Shown here piece after piece: positions 55,429 to 63,830 of a stretch of 64,000 nucleotides of DNA. Origin of the DNA: a virus. Its lineage: Duplodnaviria; Caudoviricetes. The translations under genes were made by a program, and so were the position numbers. The stretch lies in the IMG/VR virus record IMGVR_UViG_3300032309_002614, positions 1 through 64,000 of that record; one strand, written 5' to 3'. The notes below the pieces were generated by a model, which saw only the letters and a list, made by a program, of their open reading frames with translations, was not told the DNA's origin and did not search any database. The stretch's first letter is position 1. Each line of letters starts with the position of its first letter.

Positions 55429-55544
55429 GATCCTACACTACCCGAGAAATCGGAGGATGAAAAATCAATTTTTAGCGGCAATCGCTAAATAGGTGCGTTT
55501 ACGCATCGTCCCTTTTTCGAGTAGTGTCGGAAAGGGGATTTTTT
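55429..55544 (+). ncRNA. Structured RNA leader/sRNA with alternative terminator and antiterminator folds
   Basis: P1 55432-41/55521-30, hairpins 55442-53, 55471-89, 55492-507; competing 12-bp hairpin 55509-38 plus T6. Confidence 0.65.
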
Positions 55545-56182
55545 ATGAAAATATGTAAAATATGTAACGCAACAGAAGATTTAATAGGATTTAGAAAAGA
55601 TCGTATAATTTGTAACGATTGTTTAAAGAAAAATAAACAAGAATATTATTTCTCTAATCTTGAAAGAATCAAAGAAAAAAGAGATCAATATAGAGAAGCT
55701 AATAGAGAAAAAATAAATACTCAGAAGAGGGAGCATTATCAATTAAACAAAGAACGATTAATAAAAAATTCTTCTGATTATAAAAAAATAATAGAAAGAG
55801 ATATAACGACTTAAAAATCAATAGAAAAAAGAATGATCCATTGTATAAATTAAGAATTACTGTTAGTGAAAGAATAAGACAAGCTTTAAAATATCATCTA
55901 GCAGGTACATACAAAAAGAAAGATTCTACTATAGAATTATTAGGTTGCAGTATTGATGAATTAAAAACTTATTTACAAAATCAATTTAAAGAAGGCATGA
56001 CTTGGCAAAATCACGGCGAATGGCATATTGATCATATAATTCCATGCGCGGCTTTCGACCTATCAAAAAAAGAAGATTGTTTAAAATGTTTTAATTATAA
56101 AAATTTACAACCACTTTGGGCGCATGAAAATCTTTCGAAATCCGACAAAATACCCATTGACAGGTTTCAAGAAATCGTCTAA
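55545..56182 (+). pseudogene. HNH-type endonuclease split by a frameshift (ORFs 55545..55814 and 55841..56182)
   Basis: CKIC..C N-terminus; -1 shift in the A7 run 55782-88 joins it to LGCSIDELK...WHIDHIIP...NLQPLWAHENLSK. Confidence 0.7.
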
Positions 56183-56185
56183 GGT
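56157..56185 (+). promoter_or_regulatory. Sigma70-like promoter of rIIA
   Basis: TTGACA-17nt-TAAGGT; ATG 56194. Confidence 0.6.
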
Positions 56186-56193
56186 CTTCGCGA

Positions 56194-58386
56194 ATGAAAC
56201 TAGATGTTGCTGATCGAATCGTTGCTACTTCGCACGATTTTCCCACCGTAAACTGCACGATTGATCCAGAAGATATGAGGTACATTTCCTCGCTTCTGCG
56301 AAATAATTATTCAAACACGATTCTTGCGACCATTCGTGAGCCTTATGCGAATGCAGTTGACGCTAATAAAGAAAATGGATTATCGCCAGAACTTATTGAA
56401 GTCAAATCCCCAACCTCTCTTGATCAGACTTTTTCTATTCGTGACTTTGGTCCCGGTTTGAGTCGCGATCAGATTTTTAATCTATATAGTAAGTTTGGTA
56501 AGTCTACAAAGCGCGATTCTAATACAAAGCTTGGAGCTTTTGGCATTGGTAAGTTCGCACCTCTTTCTTATAAAGATAGTTTTACTGTTACTTCTTATCA
56601 CAATTGTCTTAAAACCATCTATAGTATTTATATCTCAGAAGACAACGATACTAAGATCGATGAAATTTTTTCTGAAGTCACGTTAGAAGCTAACGGTATC
56701 TGCATTTCTGTAGGTGTTTCGAGCGGCGATATCAACAAGTTCAATCAGGAAATTTCTTCATTCTTTAGTAATTTTGAAGTTCAACCTCATTTCTTGAATT
56801 TGCAAGTTGACATTGCAAAGCCTGAAATCGTTGCTTCTGGTACTAATTGGCAAATTCGCAAATCTGTTAATGGTTATAATCTTTATTCAGTGGGCGAGCA
56901 TGGGATTGTAATGGGCGGCATTTATTATCCTATCAATCTTGAACTTGTTGATTTCAAGAGTGACGATGATTACGCATGGACTAAGTTTCTTAATAAGCTT
57001 GTTTTTATTGCTGATATTGGATCTGTTTCGCTGCATCACTCACGCGAAACACTTGAGTATAACAAGACTACTAAGACTTATTTGAAGTCTCGTTATCAAG
57101 CTTTCTGTAAAGAGTTTACGGATTCAATTAAGAATAAGATCGCGCAATTTGATTGTTTGCGTGATGCTATGTCTTACTATAAAGACATTAGCGAGACGTT
57201 TCCTCGAAATGCTTTTGACCGACTTCAAAATCAAAATGTTTTTGTTTTCAAAGGTCATAAAATTATTACTTGGAATTTCAATCGTCCTAGTTATGAAGAG
57301 AATGATAAAGCGATCAGGATTCCTGTTTATGCTAAAACTTATAGCTTATCTGGTGATCGTGTAGCTATTGCCAAATGTTATACTATTGGTAATGATAAAA
57401 ATACTTATATTGTATTTCATGATTTGCCAGACAATACGAAGGTCGTTCCTCGCGTTTACGAATTAGTTAAAAAATACAAAAACGTAGTCGTTGTTGCTCA
57501 CGATCAATCAATCATTAGTTCTGCTACTCTTAATGGTGTTGACAAGTTTAAAGAGGTTAATCGATTTGATCTTGTCAAGTCTGGTTACTGCAATCTTAGT
57601 GAATTGATTCCAGTAAAGCTTCCTTCTACTAAAAAAGGTTCTGCTAGTTCATATACTGCTAATTATTTTTATAAGGTTGAGAGTTGTTATTTTCGGTGTT
57701 CAAGTGTTTTTGCTAAAGAAATTAATGATAGTTCTATTACTAAACTTTATTTTCCTGTTTCTAATGGTAAACCAGTTAATAACTATTCCTTTTTTTATCA
57801 GGAAAAGAATAAACTTAATAGCTACTTTTTTAGTAAAGTAGGTAAACTATTTAATGTTAGTATTTATGCAGTATCAAATAATGTAGCCGCAACTGTTAAA
57901 TTTAAAAATCGCGCTGATTTCGTTGATATTATTAAGTATATCCAAGATAAATGGAATGCTTGTTCTGATGAAGTTAAGTCGTTGATTCTTGAATATATTT
58001 CTTGCAAGACTGATGATGGGTATAATATTATGACTTTTACTGTCATGGTTGCAGATATCGACACTTACCAAAAATACGACTACAAGCTAAATTTTTGTTC
58101 AGAAAATCTTAAGAAAGCAGGTGCGCTTGAATTTGCAGATTTTATTGAAAAATGGCGGAATGCGTTAGAAATTCTTAAAATTAACATGTCTCACGACAAT
58201 GAAACTCCAGTTTCTATCTGCGGAAAATATCTAAGACAAGCAACCGAAGAAATTTATAAAAATTATCCAATGCTTGAAATTCATGCCGACATGTACAATA
58301 GTGATCGCATCAAAAATGAATTAAAATATAAGGAGTATATTTCCTTCATGAATCAACAGAATTCTGTTGACTTTTCAGAAATTTGA
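56194..58386 (+). CDS. rIIA: rIIA-like protein (N-terminal GHKL ATPase)
   Basis: IREPYANAVDA, IRDFGPGL, FGKSTK, GAFGIG; directly upstream of rIIB. Confidence 0.8.
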   Translation: MKLDVADRIVATSHDFPTVNCTIDPEDMRYISSLLRNNYSNTILATIREPYANAVDANKENGLSPELIEVKSPTSLDQTFSIRDFGPGLSRDQIFNLYSKFGKSTKRDSNTKLGAFGIGKFAPLSYKDSFTVTSYHNCLKTIYSIYISEDNDTKIDEIFSEVTLEANGICISVGVSSGDINKFNQEISSFFSNFEVQPHFLNLQVDIAKPEIVASGTNWQIRKSVNGYNLYSVGEHGIVMGGIYYPINLELVDFKSDDDYAWTKFLNKLVFIADIGSVSLHHSRETLEYNKTTKTYLKSRYQAFCKEFTDSIKNKIAQFDCLRDAMSYYKDISETFPRNAFDRLQNQNVFVFKGHKIITWNFNRPSYEENDKAIRIPVYAKTYSLSGDRVAIAKCYTIGNDKNTYIVFHDLPDNTKVVPRVYELVKKYKNVVVVAHDQSIISSATLNGVDKFKEVNRFDLVKSGYCNLSELIPVKLPSTKKGSASSYTANYFYKVESCYFRCSSVFAKEINDSSITKLYFPVSNGKPVNNYSFFYQEKNKLNSYFFSKVGKLFNVSIYAVSNNVAATVKFKNRADFVDIIKYIQDKWNACSDEVKSLILEYISCKTDDGYNIMTFTVMVADIDTYQKYDYKLNFCSENLKKAGALEFADFIEKWRNALEILKINMSHDNETPVSICGKYLRQATEEIYKNYPMLEIHADMYNSDRIKNELKYKEYISFMNQQNSVDFSEI

Positions 58387-58409
58387 GTTAGCATAGTCGA
58401 AGAATAAAG

Positions 58410-58415
58410 GTGTAA
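58410..58415 (+). promoter_or_regulatory. GTGTAA motif
   Basis: First G 14 nt before ATG 58424. Confidence 0.5.
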
Positions 58416-58423
58416 AAAATATT

Positions 58424-59533
58424 ATGAATAAGCCAGCATATATTGCCACTAGCAACGCAATCACGGTCATTTGGGAGGGTAAGCCTTATACGGTTAATAC
58501 CGACAATCCCAATTATACTGGACTGAAGAACGCTCTAATCAATGCAGAATACGACAGTATTGGTCGTTTTCTTGATATTAAGAAGCAAATCGAAGACTTC
58601 TCTCATGGCAGCATCAAGGTTGTCGCCGAGAAGGTTTATTATGGCAATCATGAACTCAAGGGTTTTGTAATTGATAAGCTACTTGAGTTTTTGCGCTCAG
58701 GAGCTAAGGACGCTCAACCTATTCTCAATTTTATTGAGAAGCTTATGTTCAATCCTAGTAAGAATAGTGTTGATCAACTATATACTTTTCTTTCTTATAA
58801 GACTTTGCCATTGACTGAGACTGGCAATGTTATTGGATATAAGGGTGTTAATTGTCTTTACTATTCTCATCGTGGCAATACCAGTACTGTTGTCATTACT
58901 GGCACTGTAGATAAAAATGGTCGCATTCTTAATAAGATTGGCGAGACTATTGAAGTCGCTCGTAATAGTGTTGATGATAACAAGGACAATCATTGTTCTC
59001 ACGGTCTACACGTTGGCAGCTATGATTATGCAAAGGATTGGGCTGATAACGACGGCCATCTAATGATGGTTGAATTCAATCCTTCAGATGCAGTTAGTGT
59101 ACCTACTGATTGCAACTTCCAGAAGCTTCGTGTTTCTAAGTACAAGGTCATTGGAGAAGTTCCTTTCGAGCGTGTTAAGGAAACTGAAGCTCCGCTCAAT
59201 GAGCCTTATTACAACACTGATAAAGAAATCAGCGTTGATGATGACAGTAATGATTGTTTCGACGGTTGTGGTTGCAATATCAACGAAGGCTATGAATATA
59301 GTGATGCTACTATTCTTGCCATTAAGAATTACGTTGAGGGTCGCGTTGAAGGTGGAACACCTGCTACCCTCAAGTCCATTCAGTCCCGCCTAAAAGGAAC
59401 GCATATCACTTGTCAAGAAATCAAGGATATTTGTTTGGATCTAGGATTTACCGTTCATGAAGATGACAACATTGCTTTGTCTAATAGTCTTGTAACTATT
59501 GTGACAATCAGTGAAAAGTCTGACTATCAGTAA
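58424..59533 (+). CDS. rIIB: rIIB-like protein
   Basis: NPSKNSVDQLYTFL, IGYKGV, CSHGLHVG, VSVPTDCNFQKLRVSKY. Confidence 0.85.
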   Translation: MNKPAYIATSNAITVIWEGKPYTVNTDNPNYTGLKNALINAEYDSIGRFLDIKKQIEDFSHGSIKVVAEKVYYGNHELKGFVIDKLLEFLRSGAKDAQPILNFIEKLMFNPSKNSVDQLYTFLSYKTLPLTETGNVIGYKGVNCLYYSHRGNTSTVVITGTVDKNGRILNKIGETIEVARNSVDDNKDNHCSHGLHVGSYDYAKDWADNDGHLMMVEFNPSDAVSVPTDCNFQKLRVSKYKVIGEVPFERVKETEAPLNEPYYNTDKEISVDDDSNDCFDGCGCNINEGYEYSDATILAIKNYVEGRVEGGTPATLKSIQSRLKGTHITCQEIKDICLDLGFTVHEDDNIALSNSLVTIVTISEKSDYQ

Positions 59534-59542
59534 TATTATAAC

Positions 59543-59806
59543 ATGAGTGAAACAGCTACAGTTACAGAGCCAGTTGTCTTGTTGAATGCCATCACTAAGG
59601 CAACTCCAGAACAAGTTGACACATTGTGGTCAATTCTAAAGTATAAGGAGATTGGTATTTACCGAAAGATTAAGTGCATGAGTTCCGTTCTTGGGCTTAA
59701 TTTTGATAAGGTTGTCACTGATCTTCCGAAGGATGAAACAGGTCGAATTCTTGATCACAAGACTCGCCATCTGATTCACGACATTCTAATTAAGATTCAT
59801 TCCTAA
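59543..59806 (+). CDS. Hypothetical protein
   Basis: ORF track. Confidence 0.6.
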   Translation: MSETATVTEPVVLLNAITKATPEQVDTLWSILKYKEIGIYRKIKCMSSVLGLNFDKVVTDLPKDETGRILDHKTRHLIHDILIKIHS

Positions 59807-59807
59807 A

Positions 59808-60005
59808 ATGAATAAACGATATATCGTTAGAGACAAGGATGGTGCGTATCAGTCAGCTTACAATCTTGCGCTAGGAAAGAAGCAAGCGTATGATTGGGCC
59901 ATGCAATGCGCTAAGTCTGTAAATGGTGTTATCTATTATGTAGAGGGTGACGCCAATAAGGAACAAGAAGTGTTTCGCGCTCCTGATAGTTACCGTCGCA
60001 ATTAA
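59808..60005 (+). CDS. Hypothetical protein
   Basis: ORF track. Confidence 0.55.
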   Translation: MNKRYIVRDKDGAYQSAYNLALGKKQAYDWAMQCAKSVNGVIYYVEGDANKEQEVFRAPDSYRRN

Positions 60006-60016
60006 CAAACAAGGTT

Positions 60017-60046
60017 TGCGGTCATCCTTAAAACCGCACTTTTTTT
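60017..60046 (+). terminator. Intrinsic terminator
   Basis: TGCGGT...ACCGCA followed by a T-run. Confidence 0.6.
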
Positions 60047-60051
60047 ATTTT

Positions 60052-60258
60052 ATGGCTCATTTTGTAAAATTGCATCAACTAGATTTGCATCACGATAATA
60101 GTATGGCATATACGCCAATTCTTTTTAATATGGACACTGTTGTAAGTATTGAACCGAGTCCTAGCAAGAAGCATAGTATTATTATTACTCGTTGGAATAA
60201 CAATGGTATTAGAGTAAAAGAAACTCTTGATGATATTCTTAAATTAGCAAATCAATGA
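60052..60258 (+). CDS. Hypothetical protein
   Basis: ATG 60052 (MAHFVKL) preferred over 59947. Confidence 0.55.
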   Translation: MAHFVKLHQLDLHHDNSMAYTPILFNMDTVVSIEPSPSKKHSIIITRWNNNGIRVKETLDDILKLANQ

Positions 60259-60398
60259 ACTGCGATTACTGCGGCAAAAAAACCGCTTTCTTAGAAGATC
60301 TTAATTATTGTTCTGTTTGTGTAGACTGTCTTGGAGAAATTGATGAACAAGACGATAGCCCTTTCGATTTAAACCAAAACGATAGAAATCATGACTGA
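60255..60398 (+). CDS. 47-aa zinc-finger-like protein
   Basis: MNCDYC...CSVCVDC; overlaps both neighbours. Confidence 0.5.
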   Translation: MNCDYCGKKTAFLEDLNYCSVCVDCLGEIDEQDDSPFDLNQNDRNHD

Positions 60399-60762
60399 TA
60401 AAAATACTGAAAAACTCGTTAATAGATTTCCCTCTATTTTTAAAGAGGATTTTTATTTTGAATGTGATGATGGATGGTTTGATATCATCTTTGATCTTTG
60501 CAAAGACATGCAACATGAAATTAATAACTCTGGTTGCCAACAAGTCGTCGCGGCTCAAGTCAAGGAGAAATTTGCAGGACTTCGGTTTTATGCAAGCGGC
60601 GGAAACGAAGTGACCTCTGCTATGATTGATAAGTATGCAAAACTTTCGTCTAAAACTTGCGAAGTGACTGGCGGCAAAGGATATCTTTGCGAAAAACATG
60701 GATGGTACAAAACACTATCTACACAATCGGCATTGCTACTGGGTTTTAAAAAACTTAAATAA
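60391..60762 (+). CDS. Conserved-looking hypothetical phage protein
   Basis: CDDGW...QVKEKFAGLRFY...CEVTG. Confidence 0.7.
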   Translation: MTDKNTEKLVNRFPSIFKEDFYFECDDGWFDIIFDLCKDMQHEINNSGCQQVVAAQVKEKFAGLRFYASGGNEVTSAMIDKYAKLSSKTCEVTGGKGYLCEKHGWYKTLSTQSALLLGFKKLK

Positions 60763-60811
60763 TTAACTTGTTTGTCACTTACAAATTCAATTTTTTATAT
60801 AAAATATTTTA

Positions 60812-61108
60812 ATGATGAATACTTTTCTAAAAAATCTTAAATCTATATTTTTAAGTGAAAATAAACAGATTAAAAAGATCGCAGATAAGCAAGCATCGTT
60901 ACAAAAACAAATAGAACATATTATGTCCTCACTAACTAACCTACAAGAAGCAGTAACTCGCCTAGCTTCAATCACTGATGAAGCTGTAAAGGTACTCAAC
61001 ACTCCACATCCTACTGAAGAAGCTATTCAAGCTGCCGCAGACTTGATCAATGCTCAGGCAGATCGCCTACAGGCCGCTTCTGATAACGACCCAAACACTG
61101 TTGCTTAA
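60812..61108 (+). CDS. Coiled-coil hypothetical protein (start uncertain)
   Basis: ORF track. Confidence 0.5.
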   Translation: MMNTFLKNLKSIFLSENKQIKKIADKQASLQKQIEHIMSSLTNLQEAVTRLASITDEAVKVLNTPHPTEEAIQAAADLINAQADRLQAASDNDPNTVA

Positions 61109-61129
61109 TAATTATTGTTATAAATAAGC

Positions 61130-61159
61130 AACCCACAGAGTTAAATCTGTGGGTTTTTT
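61130..61159 (+). terminator. Intrinsic terminator
   Basis: AACCCACAGA...TCTGTGGGTT-tttt. Confidence 0.8.
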
Positions 61160-61277
61160 ATTATTTTTTTTGAGCAAATGCGTTTTTGCGACGATTTTCC
61201 CTTGACTTAAAGGGTGATTTGGTATAAATTTTGCGTTAAGTAAGAACTTCAACGCTACAAATTTTACTTTAAAATTC

Positions 61278-61949
61278 ATGAAATTACTTGATTTATTTTG
61301 TTGCGCTGGTGGAGCGAGTATGGGTTATAGCCAAGCTGGATTTGAAGTAACAGGAGTTGATATTAAAGATCAACCAAGTTATCCTTTTAAATTTATTAAA
61401 GGCGATGTCATGGAAATCATAAAGGATAAAGATTTTCTTAATTCTTTTGATGTTATTCATGCGTCACCTCCTTGTCAGGGATACAGCAACGCTACAAAGC
61501 CCGATTCAGTCTACGTTCATTACTCTCAAGGCAAAGACACGCCGAAACTAATTGAGCCAGTTCGCAATGCATTAATTAATACTGGTAAATATTACATTAT
61601 TGAAAACGTTGCTGGCGCAAAAGAATATCTTATAGAACCATTTAAGTTAACTGGCTATATGTTTAATATGCCAATCGAACGAGCAAGATATTTTGAATGC
61701 AACTTTCCAGTTGCGCCATTAAAAAATATCACTAAACGTGGATATTCTAAAAAATATGCCGAAGAGAATGGTATTGATTATCGCGACATGAGCGTTACCG
61801 GCAAGAGTCGCCGCAAAGGCTCAATCGATATTTGGCGCAAAGTCATGGATATGCATTGGCCTAAGCGAGGATGGGAGTTGACAGAAGCTATTCCACCTGC
61901 TTATACTAAATATATCGGCGAACAACTTTTAAAATATGAAAATAAATAA
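61278..61949 (+). CDS. DNA cytosine-5 methyltransferase (short, orphan)
   Basis: DLFCCAGG (motif I), ASPPCQ (IV), IENV (VI). Confidence 0.8.
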   Translation: MKLLDLFCCAGGASMGYSQAGFEVTGVDIKDQPSYPFKFIKGDVMEIIKDKDFLNSFDVIHASPPCQGYSNATKPDSVYVHYSQGKDTPKLIEPVRNALINTGKYYIIENVAGAKEYLIEPFKLTGYMFNMPIERARYFECNFPVAPLKNITKRGYSKKYAEENGIDYRDMSVTGKSRRKGSIDIWRKVMDMHWPKRGWELTEAIPPAYTKYIGEQLLKYENK

Positions 61950-62487
61950 ATTACCATCTTTAGAATATCTTAAAGAGTGTTTTGTTTTAGAAGGTTCTTT
62001 GCCAAGTGGACTTAGATGGTCTGCTAATAGACCTCTTTCTCACTTTAAGAGCGAAGCTCTTTTCAAAAGATGGAAGACAAATAATTCAAATCAATCAGCA
62101 GGTTGTATTTTAGGTAATGGATATTATTATTCAAGACTTGATAAAAATAGATATGCAAATCATCGAATTGTATTTGCTATTTATAATAACAATGTAGATT
62201 TTCAAGATAAACAAATAGATCATATAGATGGTAACGTATTAAATAATTCTCCTCAGAACTTAAGGCTTGTAACAGCATCTCAAAATCAATTTAATCGTAA
62301 AAAACAAAAAAATAATTCCAGCGGACATAAAAATATTTCTTTTGTTAAAAAATTAAATAAGTATCGCTGTGCTATGCAAATAAATGGTGAAGATATTTAT
62401 ATTGGTTTATTCAATACTGTAGAAGAGGCCATTGTAACAAGAGATTTAAAATTTAAACAATTAGCTGGAGAATTTTATAAATCATGA
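61936..62487 (+). CDS. HNH homing endonuclease with C-terminal AP2-like domain
   Basis: HRIVF...IDHIDGN..NN...NLR...QNQFN; GHKNI...YIGLF..EEA. Confidence 0.85.
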   Translation: MKINKLPSLEYLKECFVLEGSLPSGLRWSANRPLSHFKSEALFKRWKTNNSNQSAGCILGNGYYYSRLDKNRYANHRIVFAIYNNNVDFQDKQIDHIDGNVLNNSPQNLRLVTASQNQFNRKKQKNNSSGHKNISFVKKLNKYRCAMQINGEDIYIGLFNTVEEAIVTRDLKFKQLAGEFYKS

Positions 62488-62705
62488 AAGCAATATTAGA
62501 ATTTAATTTGCCCGAAGATCAAAAACGATTTGAGATGGCTAATCAAGCTATCGATATGTTTTCTGCTATTTGTCATTTTGAAGATAGACTACGAAGCTAT
62601 CATAAATTTGGACACGATTTTAAAACAGCAGATGAAGCTATTGAAGCTATTCGCACTCTTCTATATGAAGAAATTAACATTCGACGCATAAATATTCATG
62701 ACTGA
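62484..62705 (+). CDS. Hypothetical protein
   Basis: MKAILEFNLPED pattern. Confidence 0.65.
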   Translation: MKAILEFNLPEDQKRFEMANQAIDMFSAICHFEDRLRSYHKFGHDFKTADEAIEAIRTLLYEEINIRRINIHD

Positions 62706-62985
62706 CGATATACAAAAAGAAATTCTCGCATTAACTGAAGAATGGCATGAACTTGTTTGTGCTGAAATTCATAAAGATCGTGATTGCCATTGGTACATAG
62801 AAACTCGCTGGTCTTATGGCGAAAAACCTAAGTACAGAGTCTTTCATAATGGTTATATTACTGATGATATAGAAATAGCTTGCGACTCTTATGAAACAGC
62901 TTTGACAGAATTGCGAAATATTCTAAAACGAGCTATTGAAAGAGAAAAAGAATTAGAAAAACCACCAAAACACAATAACTGGTAA
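62698..62985 (+). CDS. Hypothetical protein
   Basis: ORF track. Confidence 0.6.
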   Translation: MTDDIQKEILALTEEWHELVCAEIHKDRDCHWYIETRWSYGEKPKYRVFHNGYITDDIEIACDSYETALTELRNILKRAIEREKELEKPPKHNNW

Positions 62986-63015
62986 ATTTAAATAATTTAC
63001 TATTGTAAAAACATT

Positions 63016-63021
63016 GTGTAT
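63016..63021 (+). promoter_or_regulatory. GTGTAT motif
   Basis: First G 14 nt before ATG 63030. Confidence 0.5.
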
Positions 63022-63029
63022 TATATTTT

Positions 63030-63473
63030 ATGGCTGTTTTCACATATAGAGGATCTATAAAAAATCAAGGTTTTTGTGTTTTTTTTGAAGAAGAAATAGG
63101 AATGCCGCTGACTCAATATGAAGCGGAAGTAGTGGTGGACTGGTTAAACAATACTCAATTCAGTATTAATTCATATACTTTTTTTTCTTTCGAACAGGTT
63201 AAGGATAAAAATTCTGAAGATGTCTATCAAATACTTGATCAAACAAAAAAAGTAGGAGACATCATTATCTCTAAAAGAGATGTAGTCGCTATAGTTAATT
63301 GGTTAAATAGTTCTCTAAAAAAACTTAAAGAAAAACTCGATAAAAGAATATACACTCCTATTACGGGCGAAGAACCTACAGAAGAAGAAATTAAAGCGCA
63401 CATGATTTCTAAAAAGATGGGTTATTATATAGCTAAAGAAGATCTTAGAAAAATAAAATATAAAAGGCTATAA
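63030..63473 (+). CDS. Hypothetical protein
   Basis: ORF track. Confidence 0.55.
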   Translation: MAVFTYRGSIKNQGFCVFFEEEIGMPLTQYEAEVVVDWLNNTQFSINSYTFFSFEQVKDKNSEDVYQILDQTKKVGDIIISKRDVVAIVNWLNSSLKKLKEKLDKRIYTPITGEEPTEEEIKAHMISKKMGYYIAKEDLRKIKYKRL

Positions 63474-63482
63474 TATACAACT

Positions 63483-63830
63483 ATGAAATTTACTCGTAAA
63501 GGATTCTTTAAATCTATATTCGGCGGTTTTGTAGCGGCAGCAGCGACTCCATCTCTAATCAAAGCAGAAGAAAAGCCACAAACAAAAGTAGAATCTTACC
63601 CTTTAACTCTTGATACAAATGCCTATCTTGGTTTAGGAACTTCACACCAGAATATTCCATTGGTAGTATCTAGCCTCGTCTTTCAAGTTGGGGAAAGACA
63701 ATTACTAATGTCAGGAAATGAAAAAGGCGACTTTGAAATTAAATGGCTAGATGTTAAAGAAGACGAAAACGCTGCTACTCTCAGTTTTCGTAAACCTGAA
63801 AAAGATCGTTTTCCAATACTTTATAAATGA
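63483..63830 (+). CDS. Hypothetical protein with Tat-like signal peptide
   Basis: MKFTRKGFFKSIFGGFVAAAATPSLIKA|EE. Confidence 0.55.
   Translation: MKFTRKGFFKSIFGGFVAAAATPSLIKAEEKPQTKVESYPLTLDTNAYLGLGTSHQNIPLVVSSLVFQVGERQLLMSGNEKGDFEIKWLDVKEDENAATLSFRKPEKDRFPILYK

Noticed and set aside
55429-55544. Hammerhead, HDV-like or known riboswitch identity for the structured RNA
   Set aside because: No CUGAUGA/GAAA core in the right register and no SAM, c-di-GMP, TPP or other aptamer consensus that I recognise; kept as unclassified.
5563-60699. Many short antisense or nested track ORFs (e.g. 5563..5925, 7879..8175, 22973..23242, 39899..40195, 42536..42871, 53217..53847, 59070..59393, 60301..60699)
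   Set aside because: Fully overlap well-supported genes, have no motifs, and show composition typical of shadow frames.
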